Of a stretch of 64,000 nucleotides of DNA, positions 35,065-47,593 are shown in pieces. The DNA lies in contig OX597815.1 of the NCBI GenBank assembly GCA_951406725.2, positions 63,488,001 through 63,552,000 of the forward strand, read 5' to 3'. Each line of letters begins with the position of its first letter. Positions within the stretch are counted from its first letter, which is position 1. The notes under the pieces were generated by a model that was not told where the DNA came from, made no database searches, and saw only the letters and a program-made list of their open reading frames with translations. Made by a program: the position numbers and the translations under genes. The DNA is from Octopus vulgaris. Its lineage: Eukaryota.

Positions 35065-35613
35065 AGTACAACTACTATGTTAATCTCTTAGAGAGATTTT
35101 AGAACTTGCATCTTTGCTTATATATGTTTATATATATATATATGCATATACGCATAAATCAATGCATACGTATATGCATACATACATATGATATTTTGCG
35201 TCTTTGACTGAAAAGGAAAACTTTGTTGTCTAATTTCCTGTTCGTTTAGTTTTCATCTACTTCCCGTTTACTCTGCTTTCGTCTAACTTTTCTCCTTAGA
35301 TTCTTTCTGTTCAACTCTTGATACATCCATGTAGCGCAATGCGCATCGTTTGTTTTCTTAACATATATGTGCGCGCGAGTGCGTATGTTTCGTATAACAA
35401 TCAAATAACGGAGAGTGGAAAGACCATATTTTCCATAAAAGTGCTCTTTAAGATATCTAAGATATAGTTTCCATTTATGAACTTACATGGAGTAATCTAT
35501 TTTTAGAATACGGAATTAATGCATAGCACTTTAGTGTGATGTTTGAAATTCATCTATATTTTACCTGTTAGATAAGAGCGAAAGTTTGAAATTTCAAAGT
35601 GTTATATACCTAC

Positions 35614-36125
<512 letters not shown>

Positions 36126-36149
36126 ATATATATATATATACATTCTACG

Positions 36150-36500
36150 TGGGGAAGGTGTAATAATATCTTCAGAGTGGTGATTAAGACGTGTTTTGCG
36201 AAAACGGCATTCCATGCAGCCTTTTCACATAGTTGTTCAAATTTTGTGTCTAACTTCTGTGTCGGTGGAGGAGAATATCTTCAATCTAAAGTAGCGGTTG
36301 ACATTTTTTTCAATTTTAGATTCCAGATGAATTTGGAGAGTGGTGTCGTTGTTTTTATTCTGATTATGAACGGTACAGAAATGCTATCTATATCATATTT
36401 GGAAAGAATTAGCAGTAAGACCTGTGTATGAGGTAGATAAGTTGTTTGCTTCTAGCGTAGCTTTAAGTTATAGGCAGTTACTTGGATTTAGGCAGTCACA
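36150..36500 (-). mobile_element. Penelope-like GIY-YIG remnant
   Basis: Minus-strand translation with shifts: ATLEANNLSTSYTGLTANSF...H...NDTTLSKFIWNLK. Confidence 0.55.
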
Positions 36501-37119
36501 GATGAGTGCCAAAATGAGTTTAATTTAGTTTGGTTAAAGTTTTAATTTAGTTTGGTTAAAGTTTATGCTTTAAGCTTAATTTTTATGCGGTGAAACATGG
36601 TATTTCATTAATCTGTTTATCGAAAATGTTATAGTACTTATGTTGTGAGGGCAGATGCTTGCTCATGAACTACAATATTTTGCTACAATTGCAGTCGCAT
36701 AAAGATTGAACGGTGAATTATACCATATGTATATGTTCCCTTACTGGTTCTATGTCAGTTGTGGTTTCATATGCATTGTATTTTATTCTAAAAGTCACCA
36801 CTGATAAATAGGTCATTGATATAACTATAAAAGTTATTGAAAATGTGTTCATTTTATGAGAGGTTGGTTCATCCAAAGGAAAAGTTTTGAACTAAATCTT
36901 ATGGATATGGTTGGAGCACTTATATATCTAATGTAAGGTTTCATTTGGTTTTCTTTATGGAGAATATAGTGAGCAATTGCAATTACAGTTAAAGTTACAT
37001 GCAGAAAACTTTTAATATTGGAATCTGCAATATTTCGGAACCCTGTATCCATAGCTTTTGCCAGAAATTCAGTTTCTGTACTAAAACTGTCATTTTTGTA
37101 GAGTGCTCCTCTAATACAA

Positions 37120-37380
37120 GAAGCTTTATGAAAATCTACCCAAAGTGACTGAGAATATCCAGTAGAGAAGAATGAAAATTGCTGGTCATTGCATCAGGCA
37201 CCTAGAAGAACATGTATGTCAACTTATACACTCGGTAGAAGGAAGAATCAACAGTGGAAGAAAAGGTCTAATTTATGTAGGCAACTTGCTTCAGAAGAGT
37301 AGAATGGCAAATGTTGATGGATTAAGAATATGCATGATGGATGGTGTGCTCACATGAAATCAGTGAAGCGTCCGAGAAGA
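37120..37380 (+). mobile_element. RTE-like LINE C-terminal remnant
   Basis: RMKIAGHCIRH motif (cf. RLxxAGHCxR). Confidence 0.55.
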
Positions 37381-37689
37381 TGGCCAAACTAAAATAATTA
37401 AAACAGATTTTATTTTTGTCAAAACTCCTGAGCCTGTGTTAACAGAATGTTACAGCATTGTTTATGCACAAGATTTAGTCATAGTTTACGTTTTCTTTAT
37501 CAAGAAAAGAAAAAAAGGAAACAAATATAAAAGATTGTTAGATAAACGTTGATTTCAATAGGGCAACATGGTGATCGAACAAAGGTATGTACAAAAGTGG
37601 TTTGTAGCCAAACTAGTGGGGGTTCACAGGGGTAAAATGAGATAAGGATGGGATAGTGAGTGATAATACTTGCAGAGTACAGGATTGCA

Positions 37690-38030
37690 TTTTTCTGTAG
37701 GTTAACAATGCTACTCTAATATTTTTGGTCCTTTGGGTAGCATTTTGTGTTTTGTGCTAAGTACACCAATTACCAAAGGAATAATGCTCATTCTATTCTT
37801 CCACAATCTTTTCATCCCTCGAACCAGATCCTGATATTTCTCAGTTTTTTCAATTTCTTTAGTATTGACTAAGTTATCATAGAGAGTTACAAAATCTATG
37901 ATATTACGGTTTGCTTATTTTGTTTTGTAATCATATCTGGTCTTCATTCTCCAATATATGGCCATTCTTAATGGAAATATCCCATAAAATTCTATAATTC
38001 TTCTTCATGTTTACAGCTTCTGACTTGTGC
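37690..38030 (-). mobile_element. R4/Dong-type RLE domain remnant
   Basis: Minus strand ILWDI..RPDM..IIDFVTLYDNLVNTKEIEKTEKYQDL..RLW..IIPLVIGVL, parallel to 7180-7430. Confidence 0.65.
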
Positions 38031-38144
38031 TCGTGTCACTTCTCTGCAACTTTGAATCCACCTCCCATCTCATTCTTTTACCGACACAGTCATATCTACG
38101 TTTACTTCTTTACTATTGATGTTATTATTAATATTAGCACACCG

Positions 38145-38320
38145 GACAAAATGCTTAGCGGCATTTCTTCCAATTTGAAGTTCATCAAATTCAGTCGAGG
38201 TCGTCTTTGCTTTTCATCATTTTGTGATTTATGAAAATAAAATACCGGTTCAGTACCGCTTTCATTGTAATCGACTATACCCTCCTACACAAATTTCAGG
38301 CTTTTTGTCCATAGCAGAAA
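38145..38320 (+). mobile_element. SINE family B (old)
   Basis: ttagcacaccggacaaaatgcttagcggcatttc...caaattcagtcgaggtcg. Confidence 0.6.
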
Positions 38321-38530
38321 ATATTATCTTATAATAATTCTGCTTGTCATTGTGTTACTTAGTCCGTTTGTTCAGTAACGTTTTCACGTGACTAGAGAAA
38401 AAGTGGGAGAAAGAAAATAGGGAGAGAGAAACGTCCATGGCATGACATAGAGGGAATGCACTTGTAACGCTTTCACGTGATTAGAGAATTAGCAGATGAG
38501 CGACAAGATGTATGTATATGTATATATCTA

Positions 38531-38615
<85 letters not shown>

Positions 38616-39355
38616 ATGTAAATATAAATATATGTATATATTTTATAGAAGAGGAGACAGATTGCTCTAAATGTGGAGTAGATAGCCGACAACTGATGAA
38701 GTGTCGTTCTTTATGTTACTTGTCTCGTTTTCCATTTGTTTCTCTCGTTGTTTGCATACCCAAATTTGTCTTCGTATTTCATGTTGTTTACGACTTGTGA
38801 CGTCCTGTAGCCATATATGCATATATATACATAGATATATATATATATGTATGTATATATGCATATATATATATATAGATAGATAGCTGTATTTGTGCAT
38901 CTTCGTATCTGTGTAAAAACTTACACACACATCTATATACATACATACATATATAGACAGTTTGTGCCATTTATTCCATGGGCTCCTCGTGAGCGTTTGT
39001 CGAAAAGCTTGCTGTGCATTTTGTTGGAGAATTAAGTTCCTGGATTTTCCTGAAGGGAAGGCTGCAAAATGGACTCCTTATTCAATCCGAATTATGGACT
39101 TTGCAGCCTTTGAAACATATGTAGAAAATAATAAAAAGAAATTTTGTTAAATCTTCGTTCAGCTCCATTTCTTCCTACACTAAATATATATATATATATA
39201 TATATATATAACTATAATTATAACTATAATTATATATAAATTATTATCTTTGTATGGTATTTTTCCCATGCTGGCCACTTGATAATATCGATATTATCCA
39301 TATTTATATATATATATATATATATAAATATATACATATATATATATATATGTAT

Positions 39356-39746
39356 ATTTTACTCTTTTTACTTGTTTCAGTCATTTGACTGCGGCCATGC
39401 TCGAGCACCGCCTTTAATCGAGCAACTCGACACCGGGACTTATTCTTTTGTAAGCCTACTTCTTATTCCATCGGTCTCTTTTGCCGAACCGCTAAGTAAC
39501 GGGGACATAAACACACCAGCATCAGTTGTCAAGCAATGCTAGGGGGACAAACACAGACACACAAACACACACACGCATATATATATACATATATACGACG
39601 GGCTTCTTTCAGTTTCCGTCTACCAAATCCACTCACAAGGCTTTGGTCGGCCCGAGGCTATAGTAGAAGACACTTGCCCAAGTGGGACTGAACCCGGAAC
39701 CATGTGGTTGGTAAACTAGCTCCTTACCACACAGCCACTCCTGCGC

Positions 39747-39748
<2 letters not shown>
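39356..39748 (-). mobile_element. SINE family A
   Basis: Reverse complement of 29528 copy with a small internal deletion. Confidence 0.9.
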
Positions 39749-39782
<34 letters not shown>

Positions 39783-39827
39783 CATAATGTTATGGAGCAG
39801 TTACTGTCTATATCTCGTTTAGAGAAT

Positions 39828-39863
<36 letters not shown>

Positions 39864-40117
39864 CGGTCTTCTTTCAGTTTCCCTCTGCCAAATCACTTGA
39901 CAACCAATGGTGTGGTGTTTATGTGCCCATAAATTAGCGGTTCGGCAAAAGAGACCAATAGAATAAGTACTAGGCTAACAAAATATAAGTCTTGGGTTTG
40001 ATTTTTTCGAGTAAAATCGTTTAAGCATAGCCGCAGTCAAATGACTGAACTGTGTAGAAGAGTAAAACAGTATACATACATGCATTCATGCATATATGTA
40101 TGTATGTATATATGCAT

Positions 40118-40485
40118 TGGTTTCGAATTTTGGCACCAAGCCAGCAATTTAGGGTGAGATGTAAGTCGATTACACTGACTCCTGTAATCGACTGGTACTT
40201 ATTTTATCGTCTCCGAAATGATGAAAGACGAAGTCGATCTGACGGAATTTGAACTCAGAATGTAAAGCAGGACAAGACGCCGTTAAGCATTCTACCCAGC
40301 GTGCTACCGATTCTTTTGCACACTAAGGGAGGGGGCCATTCGACTATATCGACCCCAGTACGCAACTGGCACTTTATTTATAGATCCCGAAAGGATGAAA
40401 TGAAAAGTCGACCTCGGCGGAATTGGAGCTCAGAATATAAAGACAGACGAAATACTGGCGTGCTAACAATGCTGCCAGCTCACTG
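40118..40485 (-). mobile_element. Two tandem SINE family B copies
   Basis: aagtcg...ggaatt(t/g)ga(a/g)ctcagaa present twice. Confidence 0.65.
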
Positions 40486-40654
40486 CCTTGCATACACGTA
40501 CATATTGAATATACGTTTATAGCGGCATGTATGGAAATGCGTGTGTACACAACCCACACACGTATCGAATATACATTTTTATGTATGTCAGTACAAATCC
40601 ATATGTACATATGTGTGTGTGTGTTTGTGTGTGTGTGTAAGGGTATAGATTTAC

Positions 40655-40697
<43 letters not shown>

Positions 40698-41899
40698 TGT
40701 ATGCATGTATTTATAATCATGCATATTTATACGTATGTGTGTTCTTGTGTGTGTATTTGTGTGTGTATTTGTGTGTGTGTGTGTGTGTGTGAGTGTGTGT
40801 GTGTGTGTGTAGGCTCAACAGTAGAGAACAGTTGATGCCACGTTTTTCTTAATGCTTAACAATAAAACTTCATTCACCCTCAACTTTATCGTCAAAATAT
40901 GGCGGTGTGACATCGAATAAGGACTCGTCTTCACATCTCACTAACCCTAAATGTAGAATCGATATTACAGGCAGCAGCAGCAAAAACGACACAACAACAA
41001 CAACAAAAGCAATAACAATAACAATAACAACAACAACATTAACAACAGCGGCAATAAAAACAATAAAAAGAACAAGTGAAAATAAAAAGAAGAATAACGA
41101 CCAGAACAGCTGCAACAAAAAAATACAATAAAAAAAAGGCCGACATAAACAATAATAGTCAGAAAAATATATAAAAAAATATCAATAAAAAACCTGGTAA
41201 TACGATAAACAAGATCGATAAACAAGGTTGAGCGAAAAATAAAAGAACAAAAGACAGAAAATGAGGGAAGAGGTGGTGGGGAATAGCAGAGGAAGGATAT
41301 ATCAGAGAGGTGGTGGTGGAGAAGAGGAGGAAGAAAGATTATGGAGGATTTAGGGGAAGAGGAAGGGGGGAAGATTTAACGATTTCTGTTCGTCTTTGTC
41401 GACTTTAGGAAGGCTTCATCACCATCACCACCATCATCATAATAATCTTCATCATTAACAGCAGCAGCAGCAGTATTATCATCATCCTTTTTACTAACAT
41501 CATTATCGTCGTTGCTGTTTTCATGATAATCATCATGATCGTCATCATCACCATCACCACAACCAGCATCATCATTATCATCATTACCATCACTACTACC
41601 ATCATTATCGTCGTTGTCGTCTTCGTTATTCTTGCCTCAGTACCCGTGATCGTCATCGTAATGGGTTTTTTTGGGGGGTATTCTTTAATTGACTGTCCTA
41701 CAAACCCACCCACCCAACCTACCAACCATCCATTTCTGCCATTCATTGCAGCAATCGGTTTCTTCCAAGACATGGCCGTTTGTGGAAGAACAACCTGACT
41801 TCCAATATTTACTTTGCTTCTATATTTTCTAAGTATTTTAGATCCCCATCCGTATGGAATTAGTAATTTAAAGATCCAGGGGCAACAACAACAACAACG

Positions 41900-41972
<73 letters not shown>

Positions 41973-41973
41973 T

Positions 41974-42069
<96 letters not shown>

Positions 42070-42473
42070 CATATGAAGTTAGCAATTTAGAGATCCAAGG
42101 GCAACAACAACAACAATAATAATCGCTTTGTTTACAATGTATTGCTGGCAAGAGTGAACCCTAGCTATCACTCTAGGGTCCGGGTGCTCGCGACTGAGGA
42201 TATGCTCGAAACTAAGTCAATCTCGCGATCCTGTTGTCTGTTAGAGGATTGTAAGGGTTCGCTCCCCTTGCTAGCAAAATATACTGTATATAAAGTGTCC
42301 AGAATTGCACCGATAACCAGCCGGCGGACGATCTGCCTGGGGTTGAACAGTCCTAACATGGAACAGTCACTTTGATGTGGCGATTGACTTTATTTGTTAG
42401 TATAGTTACAACTCTGATCTATTTTGAGATCTTACATCTGGCTATTTTGCTTATAAATACATACAAACATATA

Positions 42474-42575
<102 letters not shown>

Positions 42576-42589
42576 CAGACATATATATA

Positions 42590-42620
<31 letters not shown>

Positions 42621-42623
42621 CTG

Positions 42624-42701
<78 letters not shown>

Positions 42702-42826
42702 TATATACATATGTATATACATATGTATATATATATCTATGTATATATATATATACACACACACACACACATATATATATGTATATATATATGTATGTAT
42801 AAGGATGAAAAGGAACACACGAGCTG

Positions 42827-43449
42827 ATATATATGAAAAAACAAGTCAAGATAGAAAATGCTAAAATAATTTTATAAAGAACATTTCAGTACCGGTTTCA
42901 GTCATTTGAGACCTTTTCAACTGTAACGATTAAATAATTAAATTTAGAAAAATTAAAAGAAAAGTTTTTTTAAAAGAATATTTGTATAGAGGACTTGCAG
43001 TCGGCAGGTGGATGTCTCCGGGACCGTTCGGCAGGATGCCCGAGACGTCAGCCTAAGACGCCGTCAGCCCGGCGGGTGGCCGCCGCCTTCACGCCACTTT
43101 GCTTTCTCCGTTACAGCGGTGGTGCCCCAGCATGGCCGCGGCCTTCGGGCTAAAACATTTTAAAGGATTTTTAAGGATTTTATAGTGTGCAAATATAAGT
43201 GGCATTTTCCTTGTTTCTGCTTTTCTCTGTCGAACCCACAAGTGTAAACAAGAGACAGAGAAAGGCAGAAACAAGGAAAATACCACTTATATTTGAACAC
43301 TATACAAATATTCTTTTAAAAAACTTTTCTTTTAATTTTTCTAAATTTAATTATTTAATCGTTACAGTTGAAAAGGTCTCAAATGACTGAAACCAGTACT
43401 GAAATGTTCTTTATAAAACTGTTTTAGCATTTTCTATCTTGACTTGTTT

Positions 43450-43460
<11 letters not shown>
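42827..43460. mobile_element. Outward-facing fold-back insertion with hammerhead-like motifs, flanked by (TA)n
   Basis: 42827-42989 plus 43186-43231 is the reverse complement of 43254-43460; CAG-TTGAAAA-GGTC..GACT-GAAAC-(cg/ca)-GTA-CTG at 42887-42923 (-) and 43365-43401 (+). Confidence 0.7.
42990..43180 (+). mobile_element. 191-bp GC-rich 5'-truncated retroposon 3' end with TATAG target duplication
   Basis: TATAG at 42985-42989 and 43181-43185; ggtgccccagcatggccgc motif and (aaggatttt)n tail. Confidence 0.7.
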
Positions 43461-43509
<49 letters not shown>

Positions 43510-44499
43510 TTATCAATTTGTTTTGCAAGATTCCTGATGTGAAATCGTGTGTTCAAAAAGATATTGTTGTATTTCGGGATGGTCATTTTATTTATGTATT
43601 TATTTATTTATTTATTTTGCAAAATAAACAGACATGCTACATATTTTTTCTTCACTCGTTTATTATTGTTCTTATTTTATTATTTTAACTCAAAGTCCAT
43701 TGTCCTGAAATCTTTCGTCACACGTCTGTGACCTCTTCAGCAACACTTTTCGTTTTTGCGTGTGTTTTTGCTCCACTACTCTATTCTGTTATTCTAAGAT
43801 GTGCATCGGTTTGTTCGCTTGTGTTTGTGTGTATGTGTGTGTGTCGTGTGTGCGTGTGTGCGTGTGTGTGTATGTGTGTGAGTGTATGCTTCTGTGTGTG
43901 TTATAGTCTTTATCAAAAGTGTGGCCTTCCCCTCAGCCCCATCCTCTCACCCCGTTGTGTTGCTGTTGATCCTAAAACCCGAAAAAAATATAGTTTAGTT
44001 TCTTTATTTCTTTGTGTATGTGTGTTCGCCCATGATATTGCCATGATGGTAGCTGTTGTTATTGCCATCGTTGGCACTGCCGCTGCTACAGACCGTGTTA
44101 GTTACGTTGTTGACATCGTTATGGCCGCCCATGAAGTTTCATTTGTGCGTTTATGTGTGTGTATGGGTTCGCTCCGTATGTATCCATGTCCTCTATATAA
44201 TTTTGTTTATTTATATTTATCTATCTGTGTCTTACATTTATCACAGGTATGTGGCAGATATATTTATATATTTATTTATCGATTTATATATTTTTATTTA
44301 CTTTTTTTATATCTATCTCTGTTTCTCATAAGTGTCACAGATAAGTGCATATATATGTCTATTATGTGTGTATTACTCTGTATGTTTCTGTGTATTATTT
44401 ACTTTTGTTTTTCTTTTTTCCCTTTGCCCTCTCTCTTCACGTCCCTACTGTCTTTAGTCATGTGGGATGGTATGTCATATTTTCTATTAACCTCGGTCA

Positions 44500-44795
44500 G
44501 TCTACTGCTTGTAGCTTGAGTCAGTTTTATGTGTCGATAGTACTTTAACCTCTTAGCATCAATCCAGCCTCCATGTTCTGCGTGAGAATGTTTGTAGAGC
44601 ACTGACGAGCTTTTCCCTTCTTTTAGCTCTCGCCAATGCTCATTTATACGTTCTCCTATGTTGCGTGCAGTCACTTCTATGTAGGTAGTTGTCATGTTTC
44701 TGCATCGTCCCTCAGTACATCGTAAGCTAAACACTACATTCCTAACCTTACAGTTAACCTGTGGGTTCAACCTATATACAACACATATTGATTCG
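44500..44795 (-). mobile_element. Penelope-like GIY-YIG endonuclease remnant
   Basis: CKVRNVVFSLRCTEGRCRNMTTTYIEVTARNIGERINEH...SVLYKHSHAEH resembles PLE C..KNVVY..C..C..YIGET.R.L..R..EH. Confidence 0.75.
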
Positions 44796-44796
44796 A

Positions 44797-44843
<47 letters not shown>

Positions 44844-44958
44844 ATAGAGGGCATTATTACACATAAATGCCTCACACTAGGAGGGACAAAGTCATTACTA
44901 CCAAAATTATACTAATCATACCCAAATGCAGTTTTTCAAAGCAAGACATTTAAAAAAT

Positions 44959-45027
44959 GAATTTAGTTCTGTATCACCGTGATTTCACATTCAACTTACG
45001 TCTAATGATCGTCAGCAGAACTGATTC
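44959..45027 (-). ncRNA. Type I hammerhead ribozyme
   Basis: Reverse complement identical to 51279-51347. Confidence 0.8.
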
Positions 45028-45438
45028 TGAACACATCATAAATAAACTACCAACCTTACGTAGCGAAGACGAACAGACAACTGCTCACTCCGGCCAAGCA
45101 CATGGAATGTTTATAAATCATATATCCGGTAAATGGCGGGCTTTTTACGAACTGCATGTCGGGTAATGAAAAGTATTTCGGAATAAGTTTAACAATTAAG
45201 GATAATCTCTTAATAAGGGATCTTAACAAGAAATTATCGGGTAGCTAGCGTGAAAACCTCATAAAAGAAAAGAATCCGAAAATAATTTTTTTCTTTTGAA
45301 CAAATTAATTATATCTATATTGTATAGAGGGCATTATTACACATAAATGCCTCACACTAGGAGGGACAAAGTCATTACTACCAAAATTATACTAATCATA
45401 CCCAAATGCAGTTTTTCAAAGCAAGACATTTAAAAAAT

Positions 45439-45507
45439 GAATTTAGTTCTGTATCACCGTGATTTCACATTCAACTTACGTCTAATGATCGTCAGCAGAA
45501 CTGATTC
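45439..45507 (-). ncRNA. Type I hammerhead ribozyme
   Basis: Reverse complement identical to 51279-51347. Confidence 0.8.
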
Positions 45508-45658
45508 TGAACACATCATAAATAAACTACCAACCTTACGTAGCGAAGACGAACAGACAACTGCTCACTCCGGCCAAGCACATGGAATGTTTATAAATCA
45601 TATATCCGGTAAATGGCGGGCTTTTTACGAACTGCATGTCGGGTAATGAAAAGTATTT

Positions 45659-45955
45659 GTGAGGCATTTATGTGTAATAATGCCCTCTATACAATATAGA
45701 TATAATTAATTTGTTCAAAAGAAAAAAATTATTTTCGGATTCTTTTCTTTTATGAGGTTTTCACGCTAGCTACCCGATAATTTCTTGTTAAGATCCCTTA
45801 TTAAGAGATTATCCTTAATTGTTAAACTTATTCCGAAATACTTTTCATTACCCGACATGCAGTTCGTAAAAAGCCCGCCATTTACCGGATATATGATTTA
45901 TAAACATTCCATGTGCTTGGCCGGAGTGAGCAGTTGTCTGTTCGTCTTCGCTACG
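45659..45955 (+). repeat. Right arm of 480-bp repeat, part upstream of LINE insertion
   Basis: Inverted relative to left arm; matches 51431-51728 apart from a 1-nt indel. Confidence 0.95.
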
Positions 45956-46229
45956 ATGTTACTTTGTTTGTTAGATGTTGCTTTTTCATCGATGCACTGA
46001 ACTTTGAACGACTGAATACGAGTGCCTGCTTGGTTGGTAAATTGCTGTTGCTTTGTTAATCACTGTTGTTTTGGTGTCTTTTCAATAAGACTGTTAGTGG
46101 CCTTCGTGCGAGGGCTGCGTACTTGGTTCCCCCCCCCCCGCGGGGGAATTATTGTGTGTCATCGTGTGTGAAACACATCCAAAAAAAAAAAAAAAAAAAT
46201 ATTTTTCTACAAACGGCTGCAAAGCCAGA

Positions 46230-47585
46230 ATGTCGTCGGAAGGCGGTGAATGCCAACTGGAAAAAAAACTCGAAATGGAGTCCCCCATTTCTTGTTCACC
46301 AATCTCAGGTGATGAAAGCTCTCAAGCCTCAGGTGAAGAAAGCTCACCGGCGGTGACGCCGGAAAAAGAATCGGCGGTAACGCCAGGAAAAAAGGCCCCA
46401 GCGAAGAAGTTCGCAGAAGTTGTGGGGCGTAAACAAAAAAATATAAATATAGACAATCTAGAAAAATACGAAGCCCTGCTAAAAAAAGAAGGAAATGAGA
46501 TAGCAATAAAAAAAGATGTTGAAAAAAAGGAAGAGATTGAAAAGAAAAGGATTATTTATAAGACATACAGCACGACAACAAAAAGTATACAAAAAGTGGA
46601 AGAGAGTAAAATAGAGGAGTGCCTGAAGGCAATTAGAAAGGATGTCACCTACATAAACAGAGGAAGACGCTTCGGAACGGTAGAAGTGAGGTTCAGGACC
46701 GAAGAAATAGCAAAGAGGCTATCTACCGAACCACAAAAAGCAGGAAACATAGTCCTTCTACCCTTGTACAAAGGAAGAAGGACTTCGAAAATAGTCATGA
46801 GGAATATTCCCCCAGAGGCGGACGCCACATGCCTGGTGGCGGCAGTGATGCTGGGCCTGAAGGAAAAAATCAATATCCTACAAGCTACAGTGGAGGAGGA
46901 GGGTTTTTGGCAGGGCCAGATCATCACAATGGCAATACAAGCGGAGGCCCAGACACTGGAGGAAATACCAGAGGTGCTGAGGCTCGATGAGGAGGAGAGA
47001 GTATTGGTATTTGTAGAAGGAAGAAAGCCGAGGTGCTTCGGCTGCGGGAAAAAGGGACACGTAAGAGCGGAGTGTCAACCTACACCGCAGGTAGAAGCAC
47101 CGTCGGAAAAAGAAGAAGCTGAGAAGGAAAAGAAAACAGAAGAAACCAAAGAGGTAGAAAAAGCATCGAGTGGTGCGGAAAAAGAAAAAGAAAACGAAAA
47201 AGAGGAGGGGTGGTCTAAAGTTACCAAAAAAAAACGGAAAACAGAAACCACCCCTCAAGAAGAAGAAAACCAGAAAAAAAGAAAAGAAGTTACTACTTCA
47301 TTTATGGCCATTAAGGCTACCAACAACAGACTAGTCAATGTGTTGGCAGCCATGGCCAATGTGGAAAGAGTAAGGAGAACAAAAGACTGTATCGTGTACA
47401 AAATAGGCCGGAAGGACTACAGGAGGATAAAATCCGAATTCTTCCACGACGTGGGCCCTCTGAGACTGGACATGTCTCCATATCTATACGAGGGCCTGCG
47501 TCGGACTCCCCCACGAGCCAAGGAAAAAAATAAAAGCGAAGAAGAACAAGGCGAACCAGTCGAACAAGCCAAACTACTGATATAA
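46230..47585 (+). CDS. LINE ORF1 Gag-like protein with zinc knuckle (451 aa)
   Basis: CFGCGKKGHVRAEC CCHC knuckle preceded by VFVEGRKPR, RRM-like segment, W.KV..KKRK basic motif; first in-frame ATG at 46230. Confidence 0.9.
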   Translation: MSSEGGECQLEKKLEMESPISCSPISGDESSQASGEESSPAVTPEKESAVTPGKKAPAKKFAEVVGRKQKNINIDNLEKYEALLKKEGNEIAIKKDVEKKEEIEKKRIIYKTYSTTTKSIQKVEESKIEECLKAIRKDVTYINRGRRFGTVEVRFRTEEIAKRLSTEPQKAGNIVLLPLYKGRRTSKIVMRNIPPEADATCLVAAVMLGLKEKINILQATVEEEGFWQGQIITMAIQAEAQTLEEIPEVLRLDEEERVLVFVEGRKPRCFGCGKKGHVRAECQPTPQVEAPSEKEEAEKEKKTEETKEVEKASSGAEKEKENEKEEGWSKVTKKKRKTETTPQEEENQKKRKEVTTSFMAIKATNNRLVNVLAAMANVERVRRTKDCIVYKIGRKDYRRIKSEFFHDVGPLRLDMSPYLYEGLRRTPPRAKEKNKSEEEQGEPVEQAKLLI

Positions 47586-47593
47586 GGTAAGTG

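Larger units (their letters stand above)
44836..45658 (-). repeat. Left arm of 480-bp hammerhead-bearing tandem repeat (~1.7 units)
   Basis: Exact 480-bp period (44836 repeats at 45316); reverse complement of right arm. Confidence 0.95.

Noticed and set aside
42191-42228. CTGAGGA...GAAAC-taa-GTC hammerhead-like string
   Set aside because: No stem II and stem I out of register; the region looks more like a decayed LINE 3' end on the minus strand
43728-44519. 263-aa hydrophobic ORF
   Set aside because: Low-complexity GT/T-rich sequence next to a Penelope remnant; no domain
44500-44835. GIY-YIG remnant as part of the same element as the 480-bp array
   Set aside because: It is decayed, separated by (TA)n and appears much older than the near-identical array; adjacency alone does not link them
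44957-45166. 69-aa ORF repeated in the 480-bp units
   Set aside because: Antisense to the hammerhead, short, no recognisable motif; recurrence only reflects repeat identity
46152-46229. N-terminal extension of ORF1 from a non-ATG start
   Set aside because: Runs through a poly-A tract; first ATG at 46230 preferred
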